30,295 nucleotides of DNA from Candidatus Eiseniibacteriota bacterium. GTDB lineage: Bacteria; Eisenbacteria; RBG-16-71-46; DASYSL01. Both the position numbers and the translations under genes were made by a program. Below, one piece after another: positions 10,901-19,661 of this stretch (the first letter of the stretch is position 1; the number at the start of each line of letters is the position of its first letter). The notes beneath the pieces are model-generated. The model was not told the DNA's origin. It saw only the letters and a program-made list of their open reading frames with translations, and did not search any database. Where the stretch lies: the NCBI GenBank assembly GCA_046595725.1, contig JBKJOC010000189.1, forward strand, positions 1-30,295, written 5' to 3'.

Positions 10901-11009
10901 GCCGCCCATCCCGGATCTCTCCCGTCGGCCCCTGAGGGCCGATGAGGTAGTGACGATCGGGTTGCTCATAAGGCGTGTTGAGGATCGGATTGTCAATCGT
11001 CCCCGTCAT
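7941..11009 (-). CDS. res: Type III restriction endonuclease/helicase (Res), BPTD_3080-like
   Basis: LKMATGSGKT, NDEAHH, SATP, MLTEGWD, C-terminal YIPDF...IIEVSG nuclease motif. N-terminus IDNPILNTPYEQPDRHY supports ATG 11009. Confidence 0.88.
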   Translation of the reverse strand: MTGTIDNPILNTPYEQPDRHYLIGPQGPTGEIRDGRRPSESFIPIAVSRKGKKGGDGSEQEGFDFDATHERREKNSLINDIRRDVDRWRRDGQYAGVTPISRKLLQHWADPTRENRVIFAQREAAETAIFLTEVAGRKEWPTDWRKRLEPENEAHNNGLPRAALKMATGSGKTIVMAMLIAWQTLNKQYAPRDARFTNRFLIVAPGITIRDRLRVLFPEDSENYYDLRDLVPSDLKGGLDSARIVITNYHSFMLRDAKEIKGVAKNTRLLLKGDRKGDPFKETPQAMVSRVLRDLGTDKQQIMVLNDEAHHCYLARPIQTGEKVAKEQAEENEKAGVWFSGLQAIAKQTGIKQIWDLSATPFYLSGSGYNEGYIYPWTVSDFSLMDAIEAGIVKVPRTPVDDDADEDLVTYLRLWDYVGTLLPKRAAKDTVKDWLPPKELEGALRSLYRSYEKAYRHWQTELREYGETPPVFIVVCPNTVVSKLVYDWIAGEAIVEDGEILAHKAGNLPLFSNVVDGQPVARPFSILIDSAQLESGEALKDDFKKAAGLEIAKFKAEYRQRNPGADAEKLSDEDLLREVMNTVGKKGKLGADVRCVVSVSMLTEGWDANTVTHILGVRAFGSQLLCEQVVGRGLRRRNYATNDDGYFEPEYANVYGIPFQFISSDKPIVDPAPPKPSIEVCALEGREHLRIGFPKLDGYRVELPDEDIWLDLENAPVFEIGPNTVPTWVEMGGVVGQRELEDGDPTQYRPKQVAFELAKRILDEQFTTAGDKRPWLFPKLVQICQDWIEQRVELKGDYSLGYLMTITEARVLAAEQVWNAITRHVGNRRERLRPMINRFDPEGSTGEVDFITRKRVVTTEKSEVSHVTLDGKDGNTWEQLMASELELNKNVHAFVKNDHLGFSIPYVHKGRSHSYIPDFLVRLVKHDESDVERTLIIEVSGSQKSPGPTQQKATTARDSWCTAVNNQGGYGRWGYIEMTDPNSFKVRIAEAIQALYDDQPIIGDPELLDFDETHADRSARGA

Positions 11010-11094
11010 GCGCACCCATTCCTGTCGACTCCCTTGAAGTCCCACCCTAGTGAGATCGCGCGCCTCGCGGGCCCCTTCCGCTGACGCAGGCCCA

Positions 11095-11337
11095 TCAGCT
11101 CGATCGGGCGAGCGACCGATAGCCCTCGGTCTCCGAAGACGTCAGATGCCAGCCCCGGCAGGCCCGGCATGGGTAGGCGCGACACTCTTGCCTGCGGGTC
11201 TCGGTGCGTTCCCGAATGGCCAACCGGCGGGCCGCCACAGCGCGGTGGAGTGCCTCCACAGCCTCGGTCTGATCGCGGAACCGGCGCTTTCCGCCGCCCG
11301 GGCACCGTGCGAGATGGCGACGAGCGTGTGATGCCAT
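11095..11337 (-). CDS. Small basic hypothetical protein (80 aa) with C...AYxCxxCxGWHLTS putative Zn-binding motif
   Basis: AAGGAG RBS 8 nt before ATG 11337; sequence MASHARRHLARCPGGGKRRFRD...ECRAYPCRACRGWHLTSS. It is only the tail of the ORF-track entry 11095..11958. Confidence 0.7.
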   Translation of the reverse strand: MASHARRHLARCPGGGKRRFRDQTEAVEALHRAVAARRLAIRERTETRRQECRAYPCRACRGWHLTSSETEGYRSLARSS

Positions 11338-11484
11338 GGTCGGGACTCCTTCTTCGACGCGGTCCCGAGATTGGACACGCCACACAATGCACGGCACCAC
11401 CGACAGAACCGAGCAAGGCAGATTCGCCTGCGGTCCACGCCTGCTCCTACTAGCCTTTGCTCCGAGGGGATGAGGACGACTCGG

Positions 11485-14400
11485 ATGACCAATGGACTTG
11501 AAGGCTTGACCAGCCTCTCCAGGTCGTCTGATCACCTGGGCAATCTGGCCAACGTTCTTAAGGACCTCGGCGGCGGCGGAACCTTGCTGCACGAATTGAC
11601 GCAGAACGCGAACGACGCCGGCGCGGACCAAGTCCGATTCACCGCGACCGACCACGAGCTCACCGTCTGGAACTCTGCCGTCTTCACCGATTGTGGCCGC
11701 CAGGACCTTCGGCAGTGTCCATGGAAGGTTGACGACGGGAAGCGCAGCTGCGACCTTCACTCGTTCAGACAGGTAGCCGGTCGGCACAAGGCGGACGACG
11801 ACGCCACAACCGGCGCGTTCGGAGTGGGCTTCACTGCCGTGTACCAGATAACAGATCACCCCGAGCTCGTGACCGGCGGAAGTCACCTGGTTCTCGACGA
11901 GTCGCGAGCCGAGGACGACCGCATCGAAGTGTGTCGCCGAAAGTGCGGGCGCGACCACTCGACAGCCGGAACGACCTTCTATCTACCGTGGGCGAGACAA
12001 CAGACGGCGCTGCGCACGGAGCTCGGTGCTTCTGCTCTCGGCGACGATGAGATCACCGATTTAATTGCTGAGATGGCCGCGGCTGCCGGCCCGGCGCTCG
12101 TGTTTCTTGAGCATGTGCAGCGCCTGGATGTCGACGCTCGCGGCATCCCAACCACCGTCACGCGGTCTCCGGATGGAGATCGAGTAATTCTTTCGGTCGA
12201 CGGCGTACGAGGCGAGTGGCTTCTTTTGGCCGGTCGCGCGGCGAGCTCGCAGGAACTCAAGGAACGGTTCGATCAGGGACACTCGCGATCGGACCTCGTC
12301 CAGGTCGCCGTTCCGATAGATGGAGACGTCGTGGGTCGGATCTACGCGGACCTGCCGACGGAAACTCCAAGCGGCTGGAGTGGACATATCAATGGCACGT
12401 TCTTCCCTCGGCAGGACCGGAAAGGGATCGAGTTCGACGGGGCCGGTTTCCGTGGGCGTTGGAACGATCTGCTGATTGACACCGCTGCCCGGATCATGGC
12501 CGAGCAGTTGGAGACCATCGCAAGTGCCCTCGGGCACCGAGTGGCGTGGGCATACGTGGTCGACGCAGAACTAATCAATCGAGCGATTCAAAAATCTGGT
12601 CAGTTCCCACAGGCGTTCGGGGCATTCTTCGAGCAAGCGAAAGCCTCGATTCCGCAGGCACCAATCGTCTTGTTGGTCGACGGCTCGTCGGTGACTCCCC
12701 GTGGCACCGTTGTACCCCGCAACGAGGTTGAGTACGACGCTGCCGACGTACTCGCCAAACTCGGACTTTCGATCATCGATCCTGATCTCCGACCGCTGAT
12801 TCTTCAAATCACGTACACGGAGTATGGGATCCGCCAGCTCAACACCGCCCACATCGTTGACGCCCTCCAGAATGCGGATCTTGTCGAAGCCTGGACACCC
12901 ACCCACACAACCGACTTCACCGCCAGCGACGTCGAGGTCGTCCTCCGCTTGCTCGACAACCTCCAAGATCGAGGCAAGTCGATCCTGGTTGACGCAGGAG
13001 CTGGCGAGGTCGCGATCGTTCCCTGCATCGATGGCTCGTTCGCGGTCGCAGACTCGGTCTCAAGGCTCCATGGCGACGACCGTGCACTGTTCGAACTCCT
13101 AGATCCCGAACTCAAGATCCTCGACGAGCCCCGGCTCGCGGCGCTCTGCCCCGCCCTGGTCGAACTATGCGACGACATCACCCCGAGCCGCGCGATCGAA
13201 ATCTTTGAGGCCGACTCAGAGGCACTCTCTGTTGGTCCCGATCTCGTTTTGGAGTGGCTGGCAAACCACCGGGCTGCCCTCGTCAATGAGGACTTGCGAG
13301 CACGTGTTTGTGCCCTGCCGATCTTCCCGAGTGCGTCAGGCGAGCTTCGGCCTCTCAACGACCTGTCGCTCCCATCCGACTTTGCTGATGTTCTCGGGGT
13401 CGCCGATGTGGTGGATCAAGACAAGATCGCCGGCCACACCGACCTACTGCGTCTCCTCGGTGCCAAGGAACTCGACGCGGCCGAGTACCTGACCAAACAC
13501 GTCGCGCCGTTCGCAGCCGATGGCGAGCTGACCACAGCGTTGGCTGCGGGCGTCCTGGAGATCGTCCACTGGCACCGCCCGGAGCTTGAGGCGCAAGGCG
13601 CACGGGATCTTCTCCGTCGAACCCCGCTCGTGCCATGCACTGACGGCATCATGCGGGTCGGACCCGAAGTGCACCTTCCCAACCGAGCGCTGAGCCTGAT
13701 CGCCCCGGACGCACCCATCGCCGACACAGCGCTCCTCGGGGACCATCTGCGGAGCGCTCTTACCTGGCTAGGCGTCGCTGACCAACCCAGTCACGCCGTA
13801 CTGAACGAGGCCGCTCGACGCCTCGGCGAGGAGGCCGCACAGCCAAACGTCGATGTTGCGCTCGCTGTCCTCAATGCATTGCCAAATCCGCCAGAGTCCG
13901 AAAACCCGCCAGCTGCCCTGAACGAGCTTCGCGCTTCATCCTGGCTTCCGTGCGAAGGGGGCGTACGCGGTCGCCCTGATGAGGTCTTCGCGATCTTCCA
14001 GCGGTACCTCTTCGAGTCCCAGGGCAAGAAGCTGGCCGTCGCCAGAGAGGACCAGCAGCGCCTCACGAAGGTCCTCGACTGGCTGGGCGTCCAAAGCACA
14101 CCGACAACGGCCATGGTCGTGGCTCACCTTCGTCATTGCGCAGAGCGTGGGCTCACCATGAACCCCGAGGTATACAGAGCGCTTGGTCAGGCGAAGGAGG
14201 AGTACCTCGTCACTGCCCTCCGCGGCGTCCCATGCATTCAGGTCGCCCTAGGCGAGTTCGTCGAACCGACCAACGTGTTCTGGTCAGATCCGGGGTTCGG
14301 CTCATGGGCGCAGGTGCTGTCCCCGACAGGCCGTGAGTATCAAGCTTTTTATGACCGCGTACGGGTGAACGAAGCGCCATCGCCGGACCAGATCGAGCAG

Positions 14401-15915
14401 ACGCTACGAGGCATCAGCCGAGCTGCCAGCAACGACCGCCTAGGTGAAGAGGACAAACGCGTCGTCCACCGCTGCTGGGAACTTCTAGATGAGGTCGTCG
14501 GTTCCGCAGGCGAACAATTGGCGCGTCTTGGTGCCATCAAGAGCGCAGTCGGACCGCGGGACATTCTCGAGATGCCCACGATGCTCCTGTTCGCTGACGG
14601 CCGGCGCCTCGCAGAGGGAATCCAGCTGATCAGAGACAACCTTGTCCGGCGAGACAAGACGACCCACCGCGCGCTCGCGGCCGCGGGTGTCCGTGCAGCC
14701 GAGGAGGTCATCACTCCTCATGTGGACGCCGCACTCAGATACGACGAAGCAGCGGACCTGCCGTCGAGGATCCGAGACCGGGTGTCCGCGCTGGAGCGCC
14801 TCGTCGAAGCTCAACGGACCGATGGAATCGACATAGACCTCGACCGGCTTGCGGACCTACGCATCGACGTCATGCCTGAGCTCGCGGTTGAGTACGTGAC
14901 CAGGTTTGCCCATCAGCATCACATTGATCCCCCGCGACCGACCGAAGCCATCTACTTCGCCGATGATCACCGCCTGATCGTGCGTGAAGACAAGCCGAGT
15001 CGACACGTGGGCCGTGAAATCGCTCTCTGTATTGCTCCAGATCTCGACGCCAGCTCCTTGGCTCCGTCAATCACCGAGGTCTTGGTCGCGCCGAGTCTTA
15101 CGGATGCCATGAGTGCGCTGGATGACTATGGTGTGCGCGACCTCGATGCGACGACGTGGCAGCCGGTCGAGAGTCAGTCGGCTGTCGAGGTCGACGTTGA
15201 CGACTCGGAGCGCTGGACCGACGAATCAGAACCGAACCCGGCTGACCCCACCCAAACCCGCGATAGTGATGCCGAGTCCGACCAGATCCCGGACCCGGAG
15301 GACGAAAGTGATCGAACGCTCGAGCATGGCACCGCGGCAGGGAAATCGAATCGCACCAAATCCAAAGCGCGAACGAGATCAGGCACCGGGCAACGGCGAA
15401 CGCAGATGGCGTCGTTCGTCTCGTTCGACGAGGACGAGCGCGAGTTCAACCAATCCGGCGACGAGGCACCCGAACGGTCGGCCGTCGATGAGGCTGGAGT
15501 CGCTCGGGTCCTTACCTACGAGCTGTCCTGCGGCCGCGTTCCCGAAGAGCAGGCCCACAACAACCCAGGCTTCGACGTGCTCTCAAGAGATGACGAGGGC
15601 GAGGTGGTTCGACGCATTGAAGTCAAGTCGATCGGCGGCGCATGGACGGGATTCGGCGTGTGGATGTCCGCCACGCAGCTTGAAGACAACCGCGTATCTG
15701 GAGACGACTACTGGCTGTACGTCGTGGAGCACGCCGAGGACGATGACGCCGCGGTCCTCCACCGGATTCAGAATCCCGCAGCCCGGGCCACAAAGTACGG
15801 CTTCGACGCTGGCTGGCAAGCGCTCCGCGAACCCGACCTCGAACGCGACGAGTCGGGGAAGCCATTGACCAGCGACACGCGCCGCCTACTCGGCTGGACC
15901 TCAGACGGAGCCTGA
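11485..15915 (+). CDS. Sacsin-like GHKL ATPase with internal repeats and C-terminal DUF3883 (NO VEIN C-term) nuclease-like domain
   Basis: ELTQNANDA, WNSAVFT, TGAFGVGFTAVYQITDHP; C-terminal GFDVLS...IEVKS...YWLYVVE. ATG 11485 has GAGG upstream; ORF track starts at TTG 11371. Confidence 0.8.
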   Translation: MTNGLEGLTSLSRSSDHLGNLANVLKDLGGGGTLLHELTQNANDAGADQVRFTATDHELTVWNSAVFTDCGRQDLRQCPWKVDDGKRSCDLHSFRQVAGRHKADDDATTGAFGVGFTAVYQITDHPELVTGGSHLVLDESRAEDDRIEVCRRKCGRDHSTAGTTFYLPWARQQTALRTELGASALGDDEITDLIAEMAAAAGPALVFLEHVQRLDVDARGIPTTVTRSPDGDRVILSVDGVRGEWLLLAGRAASSQELKERFDQGHSRSDLVQVAVPIDGDVVGRIYADLPTETPSGWSGHINGTFFPRQDRKGIEFDGAGFRGRWNDLLIDTAARIMAEQLETIASALGHRVAWAYVVDAELINRAIQKSGQFPQAFGAFFEQAKASIPQAPIVLLVDGSSVTPRGTVVPRNEVEYDAADVLAKLGLSIIDPDLRPLILQITYTEYGIRQLNTAHIVDALQNADLVEAWTPTHTTDFTASDVEVVLRLLDNLQDRGKSILVDAGAGEVAIVPCIDGSFAVADSVSRLHGDDRALFELLDPELKILDEPRLAALCPALVELCDDITPSRAIEIFEADSEALSVGPDLVLEWLANHRAALVNEDLRARVCALPIFPSASGELRPLNDLSLPSDFADVLGVADVVDQDKIAGHTDLLRLLGAKELDAAEYLTKHVAPFAADGELTTALAAGVLEIVHWHRPELEAQGARDLLRRTPLVPCTDGIMRVGPEVHLPNRALSLIAPDAPIADTALLGDHLRSALTWLGVADQPSHAVLNEAARRLGEEAAQPNVDVALAVLNALPNPPESENPPAALNELRASSWLPCEGGVRGRPDEVFAIFQRYLFESQGKKLAVAREDQQRLTKVLDWLGVQSTPTTAMVVAHLRHCAERGLTMNPEVYRALGQAKEEYLVTALRGVPCIQVALGEFVEPTNVFWSDPGFGSWAQVLSPTGREYQAFYDRVRVNEAPSPDQIEQTLRGISRAASNDRLGEEDKRVVHRCWELLDEVVGSAGEQLARLGAIKSAVGPRDILEMPTMLLFADGRRLAEGIQLIRDNLVRRDKTTHRALAAAGVRAAEEVITPHVDAALRYDEAADLPSRIRDRVSALERLVEAQRTDGIDIDLDRLADLRIDVMPELAVEYVTRFAHQHHIDPPRPTEAIYFADDHRLIVREDKPSRHVGREIALCIAPDLDASSLAPSITEVLVAPSLTDAMSALDDYGVRDLDATTWQPVESQSAVEVDVDDSERWTDESEPNPADPTQTRDSDAESDQIPDPEDESDRTLEHGTAAGKSNRTKSKARTRSGTGQRRTQMASFVSFDEDEREFNQSGDEAPERSAVDEAGVARVLTYELSCGRVPEEQAHNNPGFDVLSRDDEGEVVRRIEVKSIGGAWTGFGVWMSATQLEDNRVSGDDYWLYVVEHAEDDDAAVLHRIQNPAARATKYGFDAGWQALREPDLERDESGKPLTSDTRRLLGWTSDGA

Positions 15916-16104
15916 CTCCTCGACCTCCGCCCCAAGCCCATTGCCAACCACCAATGGCTCTTCAATCCCTCGCGCCATAGCCCCCTTCTCACCTGCCATT
16001 TCAGCGGCACGCATGCTATGAAATTCGGTAGGGAAAGCTGCGACCAACTACCCCCTGAACAGCGGTTTCGTGGTTATCGACGGTTGTTGACGGAGGCGAT
16101 TCGG
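15916..16104. promoter_or_regulatory. Candidate oriT/promoter region
   Basis: Non-coding gap directly upstream of the relaxase with short inverted repeats (CCATTG/CAATGG, GGTAG/CTACC). Positional inference only; no nic site recognised. Confidence 0.3.
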
Positions 16105-18645
16105 ATGCACGGCGGCGTGAAGATCTACCGGGGCGCAGCCGCCGCCGCGCGACACTACGTCGAGGCCGATCGCTCACGCGCCGATGACTACTACCTCGCC
16201 GAGGGCGGCGGCGTGGCGATGCGGTTCGTCGCCACCTCGGACAACATCGAACAGCGGGCTGACCTGGACGGTGACAACTACGAGCGGTGGGTGGCCGGGC
16301 TCGACGTCGAGACTGGTGAGCCGAAGGGTCGGCTGCGGCACGACGACCAAGCCGTGCGGTTCGTCGAGGTCACTGTCAACGGCCCAAAGACCTGGTCCCT
16401 CGCAGCGGCGCTGCATCCCGAAATCGCGGCCGTCTACGACAGCGCTCAGCTGGCGGCCGCCGAAGAGATCATCGGTTGGCTGGCCGAGCACGCAACGACG
16501 CGGGTCGGGCCGCAGGGTCGTCAGGTGCAGGTTCCGGTCGAGCGGATCGAAGCAGCTGTCGTACGGCACTTCACCTCCCGAGCCGGCGACCCTCACCGAC
16601 ATCTGCATCTCCAGATCAACGCCCGGGTCTTCGCCGACGGCAAGTGGCGGGGTCTCCATACCGTCGGGGTACGAGACAGCCTCGAGGCAATCAACGGAAT
16701 CGGGCACGCGGCGGTGATGACCAACCCGGCCTTCCGGGCGGCACTGACCGCGCATGGCTTCACCCTCGACAACGAGACCGGTGAAGTCGTCGAACTGACG
16801 CCGTACGCCGGTGCCTTCAGTGCCCGGGCCAAGCAGATCGAATCGAACATCGACACCTACGAGGCTGCCTGGCGGGCCGAGCACCCGGGCGACGAACCAG
16901 GACCGAAGCTTCGGCAGGTCTGGGATCGGCGGGCGTGGGCCGATGCCCGACCAGACAAAGTCGTGCCGACCTCGGGTGTGGAGTTACAGCAGCGCTGGGT
17001 TGAGGAGTTGAACGACCTCGGCTACCGGATGCCTGGGGTTGCGTCGAGCCCTTCTCCTTTACTGCCGGGATCGGTGGACCGAGGCGCCTTGGTCGAGCTC
17101 GCGTTGGCTCGCCTCGGCGTACGAAGGTCCGCCTGGAACTCTGCCGATGCGCGGGGCGAGGTCGAGCGACTGATCGCTGCCACCGGCAGTGTGATCGACG
17201 GCGTCGTTCGGCGTGAGCTGACTGAGGATCTGACCGCCCGCGTCGTGCCGGCCTCGCGGCCGCTTCTCGGCCGGACCGATGTGCCCGAACATGTGCGCGG
17301 GTTGACGTCGAGTGACGTCCTGGCCGTCGAGCACGAGATCGTCGACCGGATCGTCCAGCGCGCGGCGGCGGAGACGATCAAGATCGTGGAGGGTGCGGCC
17401 GGGGCCGGCAAGACCACCCGGTTGGCTGCCACCCGCAGGGCGGTCGAGGACAAGGGACATCGAATGGTGGTGGTGACACCGACCCGGAAGGCCGCGCAGG
17501 TGGCGGCTCGGGAGGTCGGCACAAGCGCCCATTCCGTCGCGTGGCTGCTGCATCAGCATGGGTTCCGCTGGGATGCGGACGGACGTTGGACCCGGGTCCA
17601 CCCATCGCCAGACGGCTCGGCACAACTCCGACGGGGAGACCTTTTGGTCGTAGACGAAGCCGGGATGCTGGATCAAGACACCGCTCGCTCGCTGCTGCTT
17701 CTCGCTGACGAAACCAGCGTCAGGGTGATGTTCGTTGGTGACCGCCACCAACTTCCCGCCGTCGGGCGGGGCGGCGTATTCGATCTCGCGATCCGCTATG
17801 CGCCGGATCGCGTCACCGAGCTCGACAGCGTTCACCGGTTCGTCGATCCGGCCTACGCGGACCTGTCCTTGCGGATGCGCCGCGGCGAGAAGCCAGGCGA
17901 GGTGTTCGACGAACTTCTGAGTCGCGGGGAGATCGTGGTCCACCCCAGCGAGGTCGAACGCCAACAGCAGCTCGCGCTCCGGGCGACGCACAGCGACCTC
18001 GTGATCGCTGACACCCGCGACGAAGTCGGCAAGATCAACCAGCTGGTCCACCAGTTCAGGAAAGCAAATCGGGAGGTCACTGATGACGTGACGACCGCAT
18101 CGGGTGAGCGCATCGGCGTCGGGGACAAGATCGCTACCCGCCGCAACGACCGCGACTCCGACGTCGCGAACCGGGAGACCTGGACGGTTGTTGCCAGCAA
18201 GGTCGGCGCCCTCACGATCGCTGGCGAGTCAGGTCGAAGGGTGCTCCCGTCCGACTACGTGCGCAAGCACGTCGAACTGGCCTACGCGACGACTGCTTAT
18301 GGAGCCCAAGGCTCCACCGTTCCGGTCTCCCACGTCCTCGTCGGCGAGCACACTGGCGCCGCCTCGGCGTACGTCGGGATGACCCGCGGTCGAGAACGCA
18401 ACGTCGCCCACCTCGTCGCCGAGTCGGTCGACGATGCCCGGCGTCAATGGATCGACGTCTTCGGACGCGACCGTGCAGACCTCGGGCCAGCTCATGCCGC
18501 CGGTGCTGCCGCCGAGGCGATCGACCGCTATGGACCGAAGGCGCCGAAGCGACCTGAAGTGCGGCCCCCGAGTCGCCGACGTCGCGAGGAGGAGTTCAGC
18601 CAGCGACCGCCGGCGCCAACCACGGGCCCGGGCCTCGGGCTCTGA
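16105..18645 (+). CDS. MobF (TrwC/TraA-like) relaxase-helicase
   Basis: N-terminal ADDYY tyrosines, GDPHRHLHLQI HUH motif, EGAAGAGKTT, VVDEAGM, VGDRHQL, YGAQG. GGAGG RBS before ATG 16105. Confidence 0.92.
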   Translation: MHGGVKIYRGAAAAARHYVEADRSRADDYYLAEGGGVAMRFVATSDNIEQRADLDGDNYERWVAGLDVETGEPKGRLRHDDQAVRFVEVTVNGPKTWSLAAALHPEIAAVYDSAQLAAAEEIIGWLAEHATTRVGPQGRQVQVPVERIEAAVVRHFTSRAGDPHRHLHLQINARVFADGKWRGLHTVGVRDSLEAINGIGHAAVMTNPAFRAALTAHGFTLDNETGEVVELTPYAGAFSARAKQIESNIDTYEAAWRAEHPGDEPGPKLRQVWDRRAWADARPDKVVPTSGVELQQRWVEELNDLGYRMPGVASSPSPLLPGSVDRGALVELALARLGVRRSAWNSADARGEVERLIAATGSVIDGVVRRELTEDLTARVVPASRPLLGRTDVPEHVRGLTSSDVLAVEHEIVDRIVQRAAAETIKIVEGAAGAGKTTRLAATRRAVEDKGHRMVVVTPTRKAAQVAAREVGTSAHSVAWLLHQHGFRWDADGRWTRVHPSPDGSAQLRRGDLLVVDEAGMLDQDTARSLLLLADETSVRVMFVGDRHQLPAVGRGGVFDLAIRYAPDRVTELDSVHRFVDPAYADLSLRMRRGEKPGEVFDELLSRGEIVVHPSEVERQQQLALRATHSDLVIADTRDEVGKINQLVHQFRKANREVTDDVTTASGERIGVGDKIATRRNDRDSDVANRETWTVVASKVGALTIAGESGRRVLPSDYVRKHVELAYATTAYGAQGSTVPVSHVLVGEHTGAASAYVGMTRGRERNVAHLVAESVDDARRQWIDVFGRDRADLGPAHAAGAAAEAIDRYGPKAPKRPEVRPPSRRRREEEFSQRPPAPTTGPGLGL

Positions 18646-18657
18646 GTGCCCCTGAAC

Positions 18658-19302
18658 TCAGGGTCGCGGGTCGAAGCGTGAGTCCCGAGGCAGAGGTGGT
18701 GGCGATTTGGGTAGTGGCCGGTAACCCCTGACCCGCGCGTTGGGGGCGACTTCGGGGTCCTCCCACCGAAAGAAGTTCAACGTGTGAGCCTCGATGGGCC
18801 GCGTGGCTAGTTCTACGGCTGGCGCCCACGCCTCGCGAACCGGATCGGGCAGGTCCAGTTCGTCCCACAGGTCGATCAGGAAGCCACCGTCAAGCCAGCG
18901 GATCATCTGCTGCGGCAGGCCACGACGAATGAGTAGCTCGTAGGCGCGTCGTCGGGCATCCCGCGTACGGAGATTCCAGTTCGATTGCTCGGTGGAATGA
19001 ATCAGGTCGGGGAAGTACAGTGTGGCGAAGCAGATCGGCGGCTCGACCGGCCATAGCCTGCTGGGCACCCAGAACGCCACGATCCCCTCAGGATGATGCT
19101 CGACCCAGTCGACCCGTGTGCGCAGGGTGAACTCCCTGTCGATCGCGGCCAGGATGCGCGCCGCGACCCTCAGGGATGGCGACTTCAAACCGCGCTCGTA
19201 CGCCGACAGGGTCGCCTGCGAAGTGCCCGCCAAGGCCGCCAATTCCACTTGGGTTAGACCTGCTTCGAGCCGCGCTTGCACCAACAAGAACGAGCGGTCC
19301 AT
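18658..19302 (-). CDS. XRE/HTH_3 DNA-binding protein with uncharacterised C-terminal domain
   Basis: ARLEAGLTQVELAALAGTSQATLSAYERGLKSPS is a classic XRE HTH. Confidence 0.85.
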   Translation of the reverse strand: MDRSFLLVQARLEAGLTQVELAALAGTSQATLSAYERGLKSPSLRVAARILAAIDREFTLRTRVDWVEHHPEGIVAFWVPSRLWPVEPPICFATLYFPDLIHSTEQSNWNLRTRDARRRAYELLIRRGLPQQMIRWLDGGFLIDLWDELDLPDPVREAWAPAVELATRPIEAHTLNFFRWEDPEVAPNARVRGYRPLPKSPPPLPRDSRFDPRP

Positions 19303-19407
19303 TTCGCAAGAATATCCGATTGACTGTATTTCGCAGGTTTTTGGGATCTCTCGCGCACCTATCCGTCACCAGCGATTCACACCGACTCGCGGTAACCAGG
19401 AGGAACC

Positions 19408-19656
19408 ATGCACGCGACTACTCACACCATCTCGTTCGCGGAACGCCACGAGGACGAGCTGCTCACCCTCGACGATGTCGCCGAGATATTGAGGGTCCCG
19501 GTGAACACCCTCCGCTGGTGGCGTCAGACCGGCACCGGGCCGTCGTACTTCAAGATCGGTCGACGGCTCTTCACCACCGTCGGTGAGCTGCGCACCTTCC
19601 TTCGCCAGCAACGGCTCGCACCCCGCCCGGTCATCGCCGCGCCGAAGGTTGGCTGA
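19408..19656 (+). CDS. Excisionase-like HTH_17/AlpA protein
   Basis: LLTLDDVAEILRVPVNTLRWWRQTGTGPSYFKIGRR; AGGAGG RBS. Confidence 0.85.
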   Translation: MHATTHTISFAERHEDELLTLDDVAEILRVPVNTLRWWRQTGTGPSYFKIGRRLFTTVGELRTFLRQQRLAPRPVIAAPKVG

Positions 19657-19661
19657 TTGCC

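Noticed and set aside
11338-11958. N-terminal part of the 287-aa ORF 11095..11958 and other extended starts (4356, 8005, 11045, 11371, 16018, 21373, 21517, 23635, 23991)
   Set aside because: Extensions overlap neighbouring genes or promoters and lack conserved-looking sequence; downstream starts have RBS, promoter or coupling support.
18650-18663. CCCTGA-AC-TCAGGG palindrome between convergent genes
   Set aside because: Six-bp arms with a 2-nt loop cannot form a stable hairpin and can arise by chance.
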